Assembly: GCA_964372955.1 (NCBI GenBank)
Contig: CAYJTC010000003.1
Coordinates: forward strand, 1 to 40,892
Source of the DNA: an uncultured Planctomycetia bacterium
GTDB taxonomy: Bacteria; Omnitrophota; Gorgyraeia; 1-14-0-20-64-10
Direction: 5' to 3'
DNA: 40,892 nt
Shown: positions 31,885 through 39,665 of the stretch, in pieces
Position numbering within the stretch: position 1 is the stretch's first letter
How the letters are laid out: the number at the start of each line of letters is the position of its first letter
Program-made: the position numbers and the translations under genes
The notes under the pieces: generated by a model
Told to the model about the DNA's origin: nothing
The model's database searches: none
What the model saw: the letters and a program-made list of their open reading frames with translations, nothing else

Positions 31885-32098
31885 GTGAATAGTGGATAGT
31901 GAATCGTTATGAAAGTGCAGAGCTACAAAGAGCTGGAGGTTTGGAAGAAGGGGGTTGACATTGTGGGCCGTCGAAGGCATATTTCGGACGCTGAACTTGT
32001 CAAGCTAAACGAACATCTGGATCATGAAAGCCGAATGCTGATGAATTTGATCAAGCGGTTGCGGAGATGACGATCCACGATTCACGATCCACGATGGA
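31885..32098 (+). repeat. Heptamer-array hairpin element H4, enclosing a short ORF
   Basis: Left arm: GTGAATA GTGGATA GTGAATC (31885-31905), plus a MITE-split GTGAATC. Right arm: CGATCCA CGATTCA CGATCCA CGATGGA (32071-32098). The right arm is the reverse complement of the same TG(A/G)ATCG family. Confidence 0.85.
31909..32070 (+). pseudogene. Truncated four-helix-bundle protein gene (23S rRNA intervening-sequence protein / Avd-like family), 53 codons
   Basis: MKVQSYKELEVWKKGVDIV... matches the usual N-terminus (SYKDL.VWQKA). ...ESRMLMNLIKRLRR matches the usual C-terminus. The middle ~60-70 aa of a normal ~120-aa member are missing. Too short for the ORF track. Confidence 0.6.
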
Positions 32099-32108
32099 CA
32101 GTCTTTAG

Positions 32109-33335
32109 ATGCCCGCGTTCGCCTACCAGGCCAGAGATCAACAGGGGCGCCTCGTTCGGGGAATCTTGGAAGCGAAAAACCCCGTTTCTTTGGCGGAGCA
32201 TCTGCGGCGGATGGGCTACCTGGTCAGCCGGATGGATCCGGTGTCGGTCTCCGCTCAGAAGATTTTGAATCTTCGATGGGGCCGGGCGGTCAGTCCGGAA
32301 GGGCTTCTTTTGGCGGTGATCCAGCTGGCTAACTTAGTCGAGGCGGGCGTCCCGTTGATCGCCAGCCTCCAGTCGGTCGCTTCGCAGGCGGGGAGTCCCT
32401 CTTTACGGGAGGCGCTGGAAGCGGTTTGCCGGGAGGTGGAGGGGGGAACGCCGTTTTCTCAGGCCTTAAGCCATCAGCCCCCTGTTTTTCCCAAGCTGAT
32501 GGTCAGTCTGGTTTCCGTGGGAGAGGCCAGCGGCCATCTCGATGCGGTCCTGGCCCGGTTCGCCAGCTTTCTGGAGAAGGACTTGGCGTTGACCCGGGCG
32601 GTCCGGGGGGCTCTGCTTTATCCCGCTCTTTTGTTGACGGCGGCGGCCGGGCTGGTCCTGTTCGTTGTCACCTTCGTGGTCCCGCAGTTCGCCTCCCTGT
32701 TCGCCCGGGCCGGGATCGGGCTGCCTACACCGACTCGGATCCTGCAGGCGATCGGGGAAGCGATCCGGACCCGATGGTTGCTTTTGCTGGGATTAGTCGG
32801 GGTGGCGCTGGGGGGCATCGGGTGGGCTCTGAGAATTCCCGCGGTCCGTTTCCGGATCGATCAGGGGCTCCTGAAACTTCCGGTGATAGGCCCTTCCATC
32901 CATCAGGCGGTGGTGGCCCGGTTCGCCCGAACGCTGGCCACCCTGGTCTCCAGTGGTGTTCCAATCGTCGGCGCCCTTGAAACGGCCGAAGGAGTGGTGG
33001 AGAATCAGGTGATCGTTCAGGAGCTGCGGCGGGTCCGGACCGCCGTGGTGCAGGGGGAACGGATCGCCGCCACCTTGGCGGTCAGCGGGGTCTTTCATCC
33101 GGATGCCATTCAGATGATCCGGGTGGGGGAAGAGGCCGGCCGGCTGGACGCGATGCTGGAGAAGATTGCCGACTTCTATGAGCTCCAGGTCAACTATCGA
33201 TTGAGGCAGATGACCACCCTGCTGGAGCCGATTCTGCTGGTGGCCATGGGCGGGGTGGTGGCGTTCATCATGGCCTCTTTACTGCTTCCGATGTTTGACA
33301 TGGTGAAGGTTCTTCAGCGAGGAGGATTTCGGTGA
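32109..33335 (+). CDS. pilC: GspF/PilC-family platform protein
   Basis: Two T2SSF repeats: SLVSVGEASGHLDAVL... and MIRVGEEAGRLDAML... with the LLEPILLVAMGGVV TM pattern. Confidence 0.9.
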   Translation: MPAFAYQARDQQGRLVRGILEAKNPVSLAEHLRRMGYLVSRMDPVSVSAQKILNLRWGRAVSPEGLLLAVIQLANLVEAGVPLIASLQSVASQAGSPSLREALEAVCREVEGGTPFSQALSHQPPVFPKLMVSLVSVGEASGHLDAVLARFASFLEKDLALTRAVRGALLYPALLLTAAAGLVLFVVTFVVPQFASLFARAGIGLPTPTRILQAIGEAIRTRWLLLLGLVGVALGGIGWALRIPAVRFRIDQGLLKLPVIGPSIHQAVVARFARTLATLVSSGVPIVGALETAEGVVENQVIVQELRRVRTAVVQGERIAATLAVSGVFHPDAIQMIRVGEEAGRLDAMLEKIADFYELQVNYRLRQMTTLLEPILLVAMGGVVAFIMASLLLPMFDMVKVLQRGGFR

Positions 33336-33796
33336 AAAGGAGAAAGGGTTTCACCTTGGTGGAACTAATCATTGTGATCGCCGTCATCGCGATTCTTTTG
33401 GGGATCGCCCTGCCGCGCCTTCGGGGCATGATCGACGAAGGCAACACCGCCAAGGCAGCGGCGGAACTGCGGGCGCTTCAGGCGGCGGTGGAGTCCTATT
33501 ACATCCATAACTCCAAGACCTATCCGGCCGACGGCAGCGCCACCTGGCAATCGGCCCTGACTGCCGCCAGCACCAGACCCAAGCTGATCGGCACTGCCTT
33601 GAATGACCCGTTCGCCATCTCGGCGACCCAGTACCAGTATGACAAGTCGGCCAACGGCCTTTACTACATCATCTGGTCGGTCGGCGTGGACAACACCGCC
33701 GACATCACCGGCATCGACAACACCGGCGCTTTGACCGGCACCGCGGACGACGACATCTATGTTTCCAACGGCATCTCCGGCACTGGAGGCTTTTAG
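33332..33796 (+). CDS. GspG-like major pseudopilin / type IV pilin (prepilin-type N-terminus)
   Basis: KGFTLVELIIVIAVIAILLGIALP cleavage/methylation motif with Glu+5. GspG-like LQAAVESYY...YP...DPF...YYIIWSVGVDN...DDDIY. GTG start overlaps the pilC stop. Confidence 0.85.
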   Translation: MKRRKGFTLVELIIVIAVIAILLGIALPRLRGMIDEGNTAKAAAELRALQAAVESYYIHNSKTYPADGSATWQSALTAASTRPKLIGTALNDPFAISATQYQYDKSANGLYYIIWSVGVDNTADITGIDNTGALTGTADDDIYVSNGISGTGGF

Positions 33797-33822
33797 AGTC
33801 GGCTCTAAAAAAGCCGGCTTTT
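33797..33822 (+). terminator. Possible (leaky) terminator after the major pilin gene
   Basis: AGTCGGCT (33797-33804) pairs with AGCCGGCT (33812-33819) with one G-U pair, a 7-nt loop, then TTT. Confidence 0.45.
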
Positions 33823-33891
33823 GGGTTAAACTTCGCCAACACTCGCCATTCCTCTTTGTTTTTAGCCAATAGTGTCAAAGTACCCCCTCCA

Positions 33892-33921
33892 TTGACAAGC
33901 TTTCCTGCCGCCAGCCATACT
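33892..33921 (+). promoter_or_regulatory. Promoter P2 (TTGACA-18 nt-CATACT), giving a near-leaderless HK2 mRNA
   Basis: TTGACA at 33892-33897 and CATACT at 33916-33921. The ATG at 33932 has no SD. TTTCCTGCC (33901-33909) is shared with P1. Confidence 0.45.
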
Positions 33922-33931
33922 TTGAATTGGA

Positions 33932-35284
33932 ATGAGAGAGAAATCGTACTTGACTGTGGAAGAGGTGGCGGATCGCTTCGGAGTCAATCCGACGACGGTC
34001 TACCGGATGGTCCAGACCGGCAAGCTGCCCGGCTTCAAGCTGGGAGGCCAATGGCGTTTCAGCGAAGAGGCGCTGGAGAAGTGGGTGGGTGACCGGGGGA
34101 ACGTTCAGGAGCAGTTGGAGGCCAAGGGCCGCTTGCTGGAGGAGGCCCATCGGCGCCTTCAGGAGCTCTCCCGGCTGAAGGATGAGTTCGTGGCCAGTGT
34201 CAACCATGAGCTCCGGACCCCCTTGACAGTCGTCAAGGAGGGAGTCAGTCTCCTGACCGATGAAGTTTTAGGCCCGCTCAATGAGAAGCAGAAGGACTTT
34301 CTCGGGACGGTCCATCAAAACATCCAACGCTTGGAAGCGCTCATCTGGGATCTGCTGGATCTCTCGAAGATCGAGGCTGGGCGGCTGCCTCTGTTTAAGA
34401 CCCGGGTGCCGTTGCGGGACCTGCTGGAGAAGGCGCTTTCAAGCTACAAGAAGATCGCCAAGAACCGGACCCTTCAGTTGAAAATCGAAGAGGTCCCGGA
34501 CGTCTTCGCGGATCCTAACCGAGTCCTTCAGGTGATCGGCAACCTCTTTTCCAACGCGGTGAAGTTTACGCGGGAAGATGGAAGGATCACGCTGGCGGCC
34601 CAAAAGTCCAATGGGATGGTGGCGCTCTCCGTCCAGGATGACGGCCTGGGGATCGCCCCGGAGGATTTGCCTAAACTTTTCCAGAAGTTTTCTCAATTGG
34701 GAAAAGAGATGACAGTCCGCCGGGGGACCGGCTTGGGGCTGGCTCTCTGCAAACAGCTGGTGGAGATGCATCAAGGAACCATCGGAGTCCATTCAGCGCC
34801 CGGAAAGGGATCCACCTTTACCTTTACCCTGCCGGTCTATTCCCCCCGGTTCGCTTTGGAAGAGACCTTTGGAAGGCTGCTGAAGTCGGCCGGGTCGGAC
34901 AAGGCAGTCAGTCTGCTGACGATCGACTGCAGCGCTTTTCTAGAAGAGAAAGAGATCGGGTTGCCCGACTCGATGGCTCGGGTCCCAAAGGTGGCTGAGT
35001 TTGTGCAGGCGTATGTTCATCAAGGGGACGCGGTCTTGAGCGTAGAGCCCCGCTGGGTGGTGATTCTGGCTCCCGTGGACTCCGAGGGAGCGCAAGCCCT
35101 GCGAAATCGGCTGGAAGAGCTGTTGAACGACTGGCGCGAGCTGGTTCGGGAAGAGAAGCCGCATCAGCGGCTCTCGCTAGGGATAGCGACCTATCCGGAA
35201 GATGGCCCGGAGGCGCTGGCACTTTTTGCCAAGGCGACAGGAGCTTCTTTAAATAGCTTTTCATTCCTCACCGCAATCCGCTAA
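33932..35284 (+). CDS. Histidine kinase HK2 with an N-terminal excisionase-type HTH: HTH_17, coiled coil, HisKA, HATPase_c, degenerate GGDEF-like domain
   Basis: LTVEEVADRFGVNPTTVYRMVQTGKLPGFKLGGQWRFSEEALEKWV. H-box NHELRTPL. NLFSNAVKFT, DDGLGI, GTGLGLALC. C-terminal ...VVILAPVDSEGAQALRNRLEELL...RLSLGIATYPEDGPEALALFAKA. Confidence 0.85.
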   Translation: MREKSYLTVEEVADRFGVNPTTVYRMVQTGKLPGFKLGGQWRFSEEALEKWVGDRGNVQEQLEAKGRLLEEAHRRLQELSRLKDEFVASVNHELRTPLTVVKEGVSLLTDEVLGPLNEKQKDFLGTVHQNIQRLEALIWDLLDLSKIEAGRLPLFKTRVPLRDLLEKALSSYKKIAKNRTLQLKIEEVPDVFADPNRVLQVIGNLFSNAVKFTREDGRITLAAQKSNGMVALSVQDDGLGIAPEDLPKLFQKFSQLGKEMTVRRGTGLGLALCKQLVEMHQGTIGVHSAPGKGSTFTFTLPVYSPRFALEETFGRLLKSAGSDKAVSLLTIDCSAFLEEKEIGLPDSMARVPKVAEFVQAYVHQGDAVLSVEPRWVVILAPVDSEGAQALRNRLEELLNDWRELVREEKPHQRLSLGIATYPEDGPEALALFAKATGASLNSFSFLTAIR

Positions 35285-35295
35285 TCTATAGATCC

Positions 35296-35718
35296 ATGGT
35301 CCCAAAGCGGTCCTCCGGGTTCACCCCATTAGACAGGCAAAGCCGCCGTCTAACGGGGTTCACCTTAATCGAGGTGATGATCGCGATCCTGCTTATTGTC
35401 GGGGCGGTGGCCTCCGCCGCCTTCATGATGGGACGGGGGATGTTCGCGGCCACCGACACCGAAACTCTTCAACAGGGGATCGCCCTGGCCCAGGAGAAGA
35501 TGGAAAATCTTCGGGGCACCGCTTTCGCCTCCATCGCCAGCGAATCCCGCGCTCCAATTGGCGGTTGGACCGGTTTCGAGCGGCAGGTCGCGGTTTCCCA
35601 ACCGGCCGGCACCAACAGCGACTTCAAGCAGGTGGGGGTGACCGTCTACTGGAGCACCGTGGAAGGAGAACTCTCCACCTCGCTGACCACCTACGTCGCC
35701 AATGTCATCAATAACTAA
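35296..35718 (+). CDS. Minor (pseudo)pilin, GspI/PilV-like
   Basis: TGFTLIEVMIAILLIVGAV prepilin motif after an unusually long ~21-aa leader. 140 aa. Confidence 0.75.
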   Translation: MVPKRSSGFTPLDRQSRRLTGFTLIEVMIAILLIVGAVASAAFMMGRGMFAATDTETLQQGIALAQEKMENLRGTAFASIASESRAPIGGWTGFERQVAVSQPAGTNSDFKQVGVTVYWSTVEGELSTSLTTYVANVINN

Positions 35719-35724
35719 CAAACC

Positions 35725-35789
35725 GGTTGAAAGTTTAAAGTTTAAAGTCTCAAATTTTCGGTTTAACTTCCAACCTTCAACCTTAAACT
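35725..35789. repeat. Heptamer-array hairpin element H5 (AT-rich)
   Basis: Left arm: GGTTGAA AGTTTAA AGTTTAA AGTCTCA (35725-35752). 9-nt loop. Right arm: TTTAACT TCCAACC TTCAACC TTAAACT (35762-35789). Confidence 0.85.
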
Positions 35790-35806
35790 TGCGACTAGCG
35801 TTGCGA

Positions 35807-36319
35807 ATGAGGGGGGTTACCTTGGTTGAGCTGATCATCACGCTGCTGCTGTTCGCCGCGCTCATGACGGCAATCGCGATGGGACTCAATCCCCTCCTGC
35901 TGGCTTGGTCGAGCCACCAGGACCGGATGGAGCTTCAGCGGGAAACACAGCACGGGCTGGAGCGGGCGATCCGGGACCTGCGGGGGGCGACCGCTCTTCA
36001 GAACGACGCCAACCACGCGATCCGCTACACCCTCCGGGAAAGCGGGGTGAGCAACTCCTACATCCTTTACTTGTACAACGCCTCGGACGTTTGGCCGCCG
36101 GCCTACAACCAAGCGACCTATCAACTGCGCAAGATCAGCTTGACCGGCGGGATCAACGGAACCTTTACCTACGGAAGCGGCACCCTCTTGATGCGGGATA
36201 TCCGGCCCCCCGCGAACTCGGACCTGTCGGTCAGCAGTAAAGTGGCCACCCTGGACCTATCGCTGACGCGCTTTGATGAGACCTTTCGGCTGGTCGAACG
36301 GGTGAAGCGAAGAAATTGA
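35807..36319 (+). CDS. Minor (pseudo)pilin, GspJ/PilW-like
   Basis: MRGVTLVELIITLLLFAALMTAIA prepilin-like N-terminus. Start moved to the ATG at 35807, because upstream track codons translate H5. Confidence 0.7.
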   Translation: MRGVTLVELIITLLLFAALMTAIAMGLNPLLLAWSSHQDRMELQRETQHGLERAIRDLRGATALQNDANHAIRYTLRESGVSNSYILYLYNASDVWPPAYNQATYQLRKISLTGGINGTFTYGSGTLLMRDIRPPANSDLSVSSKVATLDLSLTRFDETFRLVERVKRRN

Positions 36320-37152
36320 AGACGCGTCCGCGGGGATCCATCCTGGTGATGACGATGGCGCTGGCGATCCTGCTGGTGAGCCTGGTGGGGGGGTTCCTTT
36401 TCGCCACGGGTGTTTTCATCTCCAACAGCGGCTGGGAGGAGACCGACATGAAAACCTTCTGGCTGGCGGAGGCCGGTCTCCAGAAGGGGATCTGGAATTT
36501 AAAGACCCCAACCGGCTCCGGCGGGCAGGGGGAGAACTGGACCACCGCCGGCACGACGGAAAATTTGAGCGGCGGCAGCTACACCCTGGTAGTGGCCCGA
36601 TACGATTTCGCTCTGGCGGCCAACGGGGCGACCGCTTCGGCCTCTTCGTCCGGAGGGGGAACGGTGCCTGGCAACGCCATCGATGGAAACGACGGAACTT
36701 ACTGGGAATCTGGGGGAAACCCCAGCAACAGCAACCCTCAAGACCTAATCATCCAGTTCCCTTACACGCTCACGATCAACAAGGTCCGGTTCCTGGCCCC
36801 CACCGCCAGCACACGGCCTCGGGACTACGAATGGGCCGTTTCCACGGATGGCAGCAGCTACACGACGGTGGTGACGGTGAGCAACAACAATGTCACTGAT
36901 CGGACCGATACTTTTTCCGCCCAGTCCAATGTGAATTACCTGCGACTGCGCACGACGCAAGACGGCCAGAACAATCCGCAGCGAGTAAGGGTCTCCACTC
37001 TGGAGGCGATTGGGAGTAAAATCACCTCAGCCGGGACGGTCACCGCCACCGGGCAGAATTACACCCGGACCGTGATCCAAACGGTGGTGACGGACGACGG
37101 ATCGCCGCAGAACCAGGTGGCCTACTACGAGCCGGATTGGGTAGAGCAGTAG
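36316..37152 (+). CDS. GspK/PilX-like minor pilin with a C-terminal F5/8 type C (discoidin, galactose-binding-like) domain
   Basis: N-terminal hydrophobic helix SILVMTMALAILLVSLVGGFL, then AEAGLQKGIWNL (PilX_N-like). Later NAIDGNDGTYWESGG...IIQFPYTLTINKVRFL...YEWAVSTDGSSYTTV is typical of a discoidin domain. TTG start. Confidence 0.7.
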   Translation: MKTRPRGSILVMTMALAILLVSLVGGFLFATGVFISNSGWEETDMKTFWLAEAGLQKGIWNLKTPTGSGGQGENWTTAGTTENLSGGSYTLVVARYDFALAANGATASASSSGGGTVPGNAIDGNDGTYWESGGNPSNSNPQDLIIQFPYTLTINKVRFLAPTASTRPRDYEWAVSTDGSSYTTVVTVSNNNVTDRTDTFSAQSNVNYLRLRTTQDGQNNPQRVRVSTLEAIGSKITSAGTVTATGQNYTRTVIQTVVTDDGSPQNQVAYYEPDWVEQ

Positions 37153-37169
37153 AAGAGCATATCCCTACG

Positions 37170-38747
37170 ATGAAGCCTAGACGGATTATAGGGTTGGATT
37201 TAGGCCATGCCGCCTATAAGCTGGCGGTCGTCGAGCCGCGGGACGCCCAGGCGGTCCTGGTCGATCTGCGGTGGCAGGATCTCCCTCCCCAGGCGGACCC
37301 GAACGCCCGCCGTGCCGCTTTGAAGAAACTGCTGGAAGGGATTCCGGTTTCAAAGTCCACCGGTGTGGTCAGCATCGTGGACGACCCGTACGGCTGCCTT
37401 CAGCAGGTGACGGTTCCTGCCATGACCGGCGCGGAGTTAGCCGAAGCGATCCGGTGGGAGCTTCAGCGCTATCTGGCGGTCCCCCCGGAAGAGACCGTTG
37501 CCGATTACCAGCTCCTGGAGGAGATCGAGGAAGCCGGATCCAAGAGACTCAAGCTCCTGGCCGCCGCTCTGCCGACGGCGGCGATCCGGAATCAGCTGGC
37601 CTTTCTGGCGGCCGAAGAGATCCGCCCCTTCCGGCTGGTTCCGCCGGCCGCGGCGGTGGTCGCCTGGTGGGCTCACACCGGTGGAGCTTCCATGGAGATC
37701 CCTCAAGCCATTCTTTCCGTCGGTCAAAAGTCCTCGGAATTTCTGGTGGTGCAGGGCAAGAGGCTCCTGTTCGCGCGCAAGATCCCGGTGGCTGGAGGAG
37801 ATGTGACCCACGGAATGACCGGAGTCCTGATGACGGCGCAGGGGCAGGTGGGCCTCTCCGAAGCGGAGGCCGAACAGGTCAAGCGGGAAGCGGGGATCCC
37901 GGGGACCAACGCCCCGGAGGCGGTCATCAAAGGAATCTCCGGCATGCAGCTTTTGTCTCTCATCCGGGGGAGCCTGGAGCGGCTGGCGGCGGAGGTGGAA
38001 CGTTCTTTGGCCTTCTACGGGGAATCGGTGGCCGGCCCTCCGGTTTCGGAGCTGATCTTGATTGGAGGAGGAGCGCACTTGAAAGGACTGCCGGAATGGC
38101 TTCAGGAGCGGTTGAGGGTCCGGGTTTCGGTGCCGGGGCCGTTGGCCGACATTCCTCTGGCGCCCGGATTTTCGCCCGGCTCCGTCGCCGGGAAAGAGTT
38201 GAGCCTGATTCCGGCCCTGGGAGCGGCTTTAGGAGGGCAGGCCGGAATCAACCTTTTGCCTTTGGAGATGAAGGAAGCGGCTCGGCTTCAGGTCCGGCGT
38301 TCTCTCTTCACCGGAGCCGTGACGGCGATCCTGCTGGGAGCCGCGCTTCTTCGGGTCGGAATGGGAATTACCCGGCAGGTTCTGGAGACCCAGATTGCCG
38401 CTTTTCGTCTGGAGAAAGAGGCGATCGTGCCGGAGATGGCCCGGGCGAGGGTGGCCTTGGAGGTCCAGCAGAGGCAAAAACAGGAACCGCCCTGGGAGGA
38501 GATGTTCCGGCAGATGAGTTTAGCCCTTCCCCGGGAAGCCTATCTGACTGCCTTCAGCGTCGAGGAGCGCCGGATGACGCTTCGGGGGCGGGTCCGGGAT
38601 CTGGGCCGTGCCACCGATCTGGTCTTGGCCGGCTTCATCCGGAGCTTAAACGAGGGGGTTTTCACCGAGGCTCAGTTAGTCTCCAGCCGGCAGGATGAGA
38701 CCGGTTCCCGGGAGGCGGAGTTTGAAATTCGATGCTCCTTAAAATAA
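37170..38747 (+). CDS. pilM: PilM-PilN fusion protein (actin-like ATPase domain, TM helix, PilN-like periplasmic domain)
   Basis: IIGLDLGHAAYKLAVV..., ILIGGGAHLKGLPEWL (PilM), then INLLPLEMKEAARLQVRRSLFTGAVTAILLGAALL (PilN signature plus TM). Confidence 0.8.
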   Translation: MKPRRIIGLDLGHAAYKLAVVEPRDAQAVLVDLRWQDLPPQADPNARRAALKKLLEGIPVSKSTGVVSIVDDPYGCLQQVTVPAMTGAELAEAIRWELQRYLAVPPEETVADYQLLEEIEEAGSKRLKLLAAALPTAAIRNQLAFLAAEEIRPFRLVPPAAAVVAWWAHTGGASMEIPQAILSVGQKSSEFLVVQGKRLLFARKIPVAGGDVTHGMTGVLMTAQGQVGLSEAEAEQVKREAGIPGTNAPEAVIKGISGMQLLSLIRGSLERLAAEVERSLAFYGESVAGPPVSELILIGGGAHLKGLPEWLQERLRVRVSVPGPLADIPLAPGFSPGSVAGKELSLIPALGAALGGQAGINLLPLEMKEAARLQVRRSLFTGAVTAILLGAALLRVGMGITRQVLETQIAAFRLEKEAIVPEMARARVALEVQQRQKQEPPWEEMFRQMSLALPREAYLTAFSVEERRMTLRGRVRDLGRATDLVLAGFIRSLNEGVFTEAQLVSSRQDETGSREAEFEIRCSLK

Positions 38748-39256
38748 AAGAGCGGTCTCCTCGAGTTTTTTGGAGCGGTGTTGCGGCCTCCGGGCTCATT
38801 CTCCTTTGGGGGATCTATGGGCCTGCCTTGGCCGCGATCCGGAAAGCCGGCCTGGAGCGGGATCGACTTCACCGGGAGCTGATCCAATACCGGGGGATCA
38901 TCGATCCTCTGCGCCGGGGGGAACTGCCCACACTTCCCGAGGCCGGGGACGTTTCGACGGTTCTGGAGGAGCTCAACCGCCTGGCCCGCCAGCAGCAGAT
39001 TCGATTTCTGGAGGTGTCCCCCGGCGTTCTACGTCCCGGCGATCCCAAAGAAATGATGATTCTCCCGGTCGACCTGCAGCTGCAGGGAGAGTACCGAACC
39101 CTGGCGGAATTCCTCGGCCGGCTTTCCCAAACCCCTGCTTTGGGGGCGGTGACGGTGCGCCGGTTGAGCATCGACCGGGAGGAACGGTTCCTTCCCCGGC
39201 TGAAAGCCAGGCTGTCGCTGGAGATTTTCTTAAGCGGGGTAGGGCGTGAATCCTAA
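38732..39256 (+). CDS. pilO: PilO-like alignment protein
   Basis: N-terminal TM helix and coiled coil. LPVDLQLQGEYRTLAEFLGRLSQTPALGAVTVRRLSI is PilO-like. Confidence 0.7.
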   Translation: MLLKIKERSPRVFWSGVAASGLILLWGIYGPALAAIRKAGLERDRLHRELIQYRGIIDPLRRGELPTLPEAGDVSTVLEELNRLARQQQIRFLEVSPGVLRPGDPKEMMILPVDLQLQGEYRTLAEFLGRLSQTPALGAVTVRRLSIDREERFLPRLKARLSLEIFLSGVGRES

Positions 39257-39665
39257 ACAGAAACAACTGCTCGCCGCGGTGTTGGGAGCGGCGGTGATCT
39301 TGGTTTGGATCCGGGCCTTGGGCGGCCGGCCTGCCCGTCGAGCTTCCTCAATCCTGCCGGCGGCCCAGACCGCGCCCCAAGAACCCGTGGTTTCTCCCCG
39401 CCAGACCCCCTCCGCCGACTGGGGAGAGAATCCTTTCATGGCTAATCGCCAGCCGGCCGCTTCCGGTTCCGCCTCGGCCGCAGAGATGGAGAGCGACCTG
39501 GTGCTCAACGGAATCCTCTGGGATTCGAAGAACCCCTCCGCCGTGGTCAACAATCAGGTGGTCGGAGTGGGGGACCCCCTGGGTCCCTGGAAGGTGGTGG
39601 AGATCCTCAAGGATCGGGTCATCCTCTCCGACGGCGCTTCCACTCAAACTCTTACCGTCGACTAA
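39246..39665 (+). CDS. PilP/GspB-like small periplasmic protein
   Basis: GTG start and TM anchor. C-terminal LVLNGILWDSKNPSAVVNNQVVGVGDPLGPWKVVEILKDRVIL resembles the PilP/GspB-type beta domain. Confidence 0.55.
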   Translation: MNPKQKQLLAAVLGAAVILVWIRALGGRPARRASSILPAAQTAPQEPVVSPRQTPSADWGENPFMANRQPAASGSASAAEMESDLVLNGILWDSKNPSAVVNNQVVGVGDPLGPWKVVEILKDRVILSDGASTQTLTVD

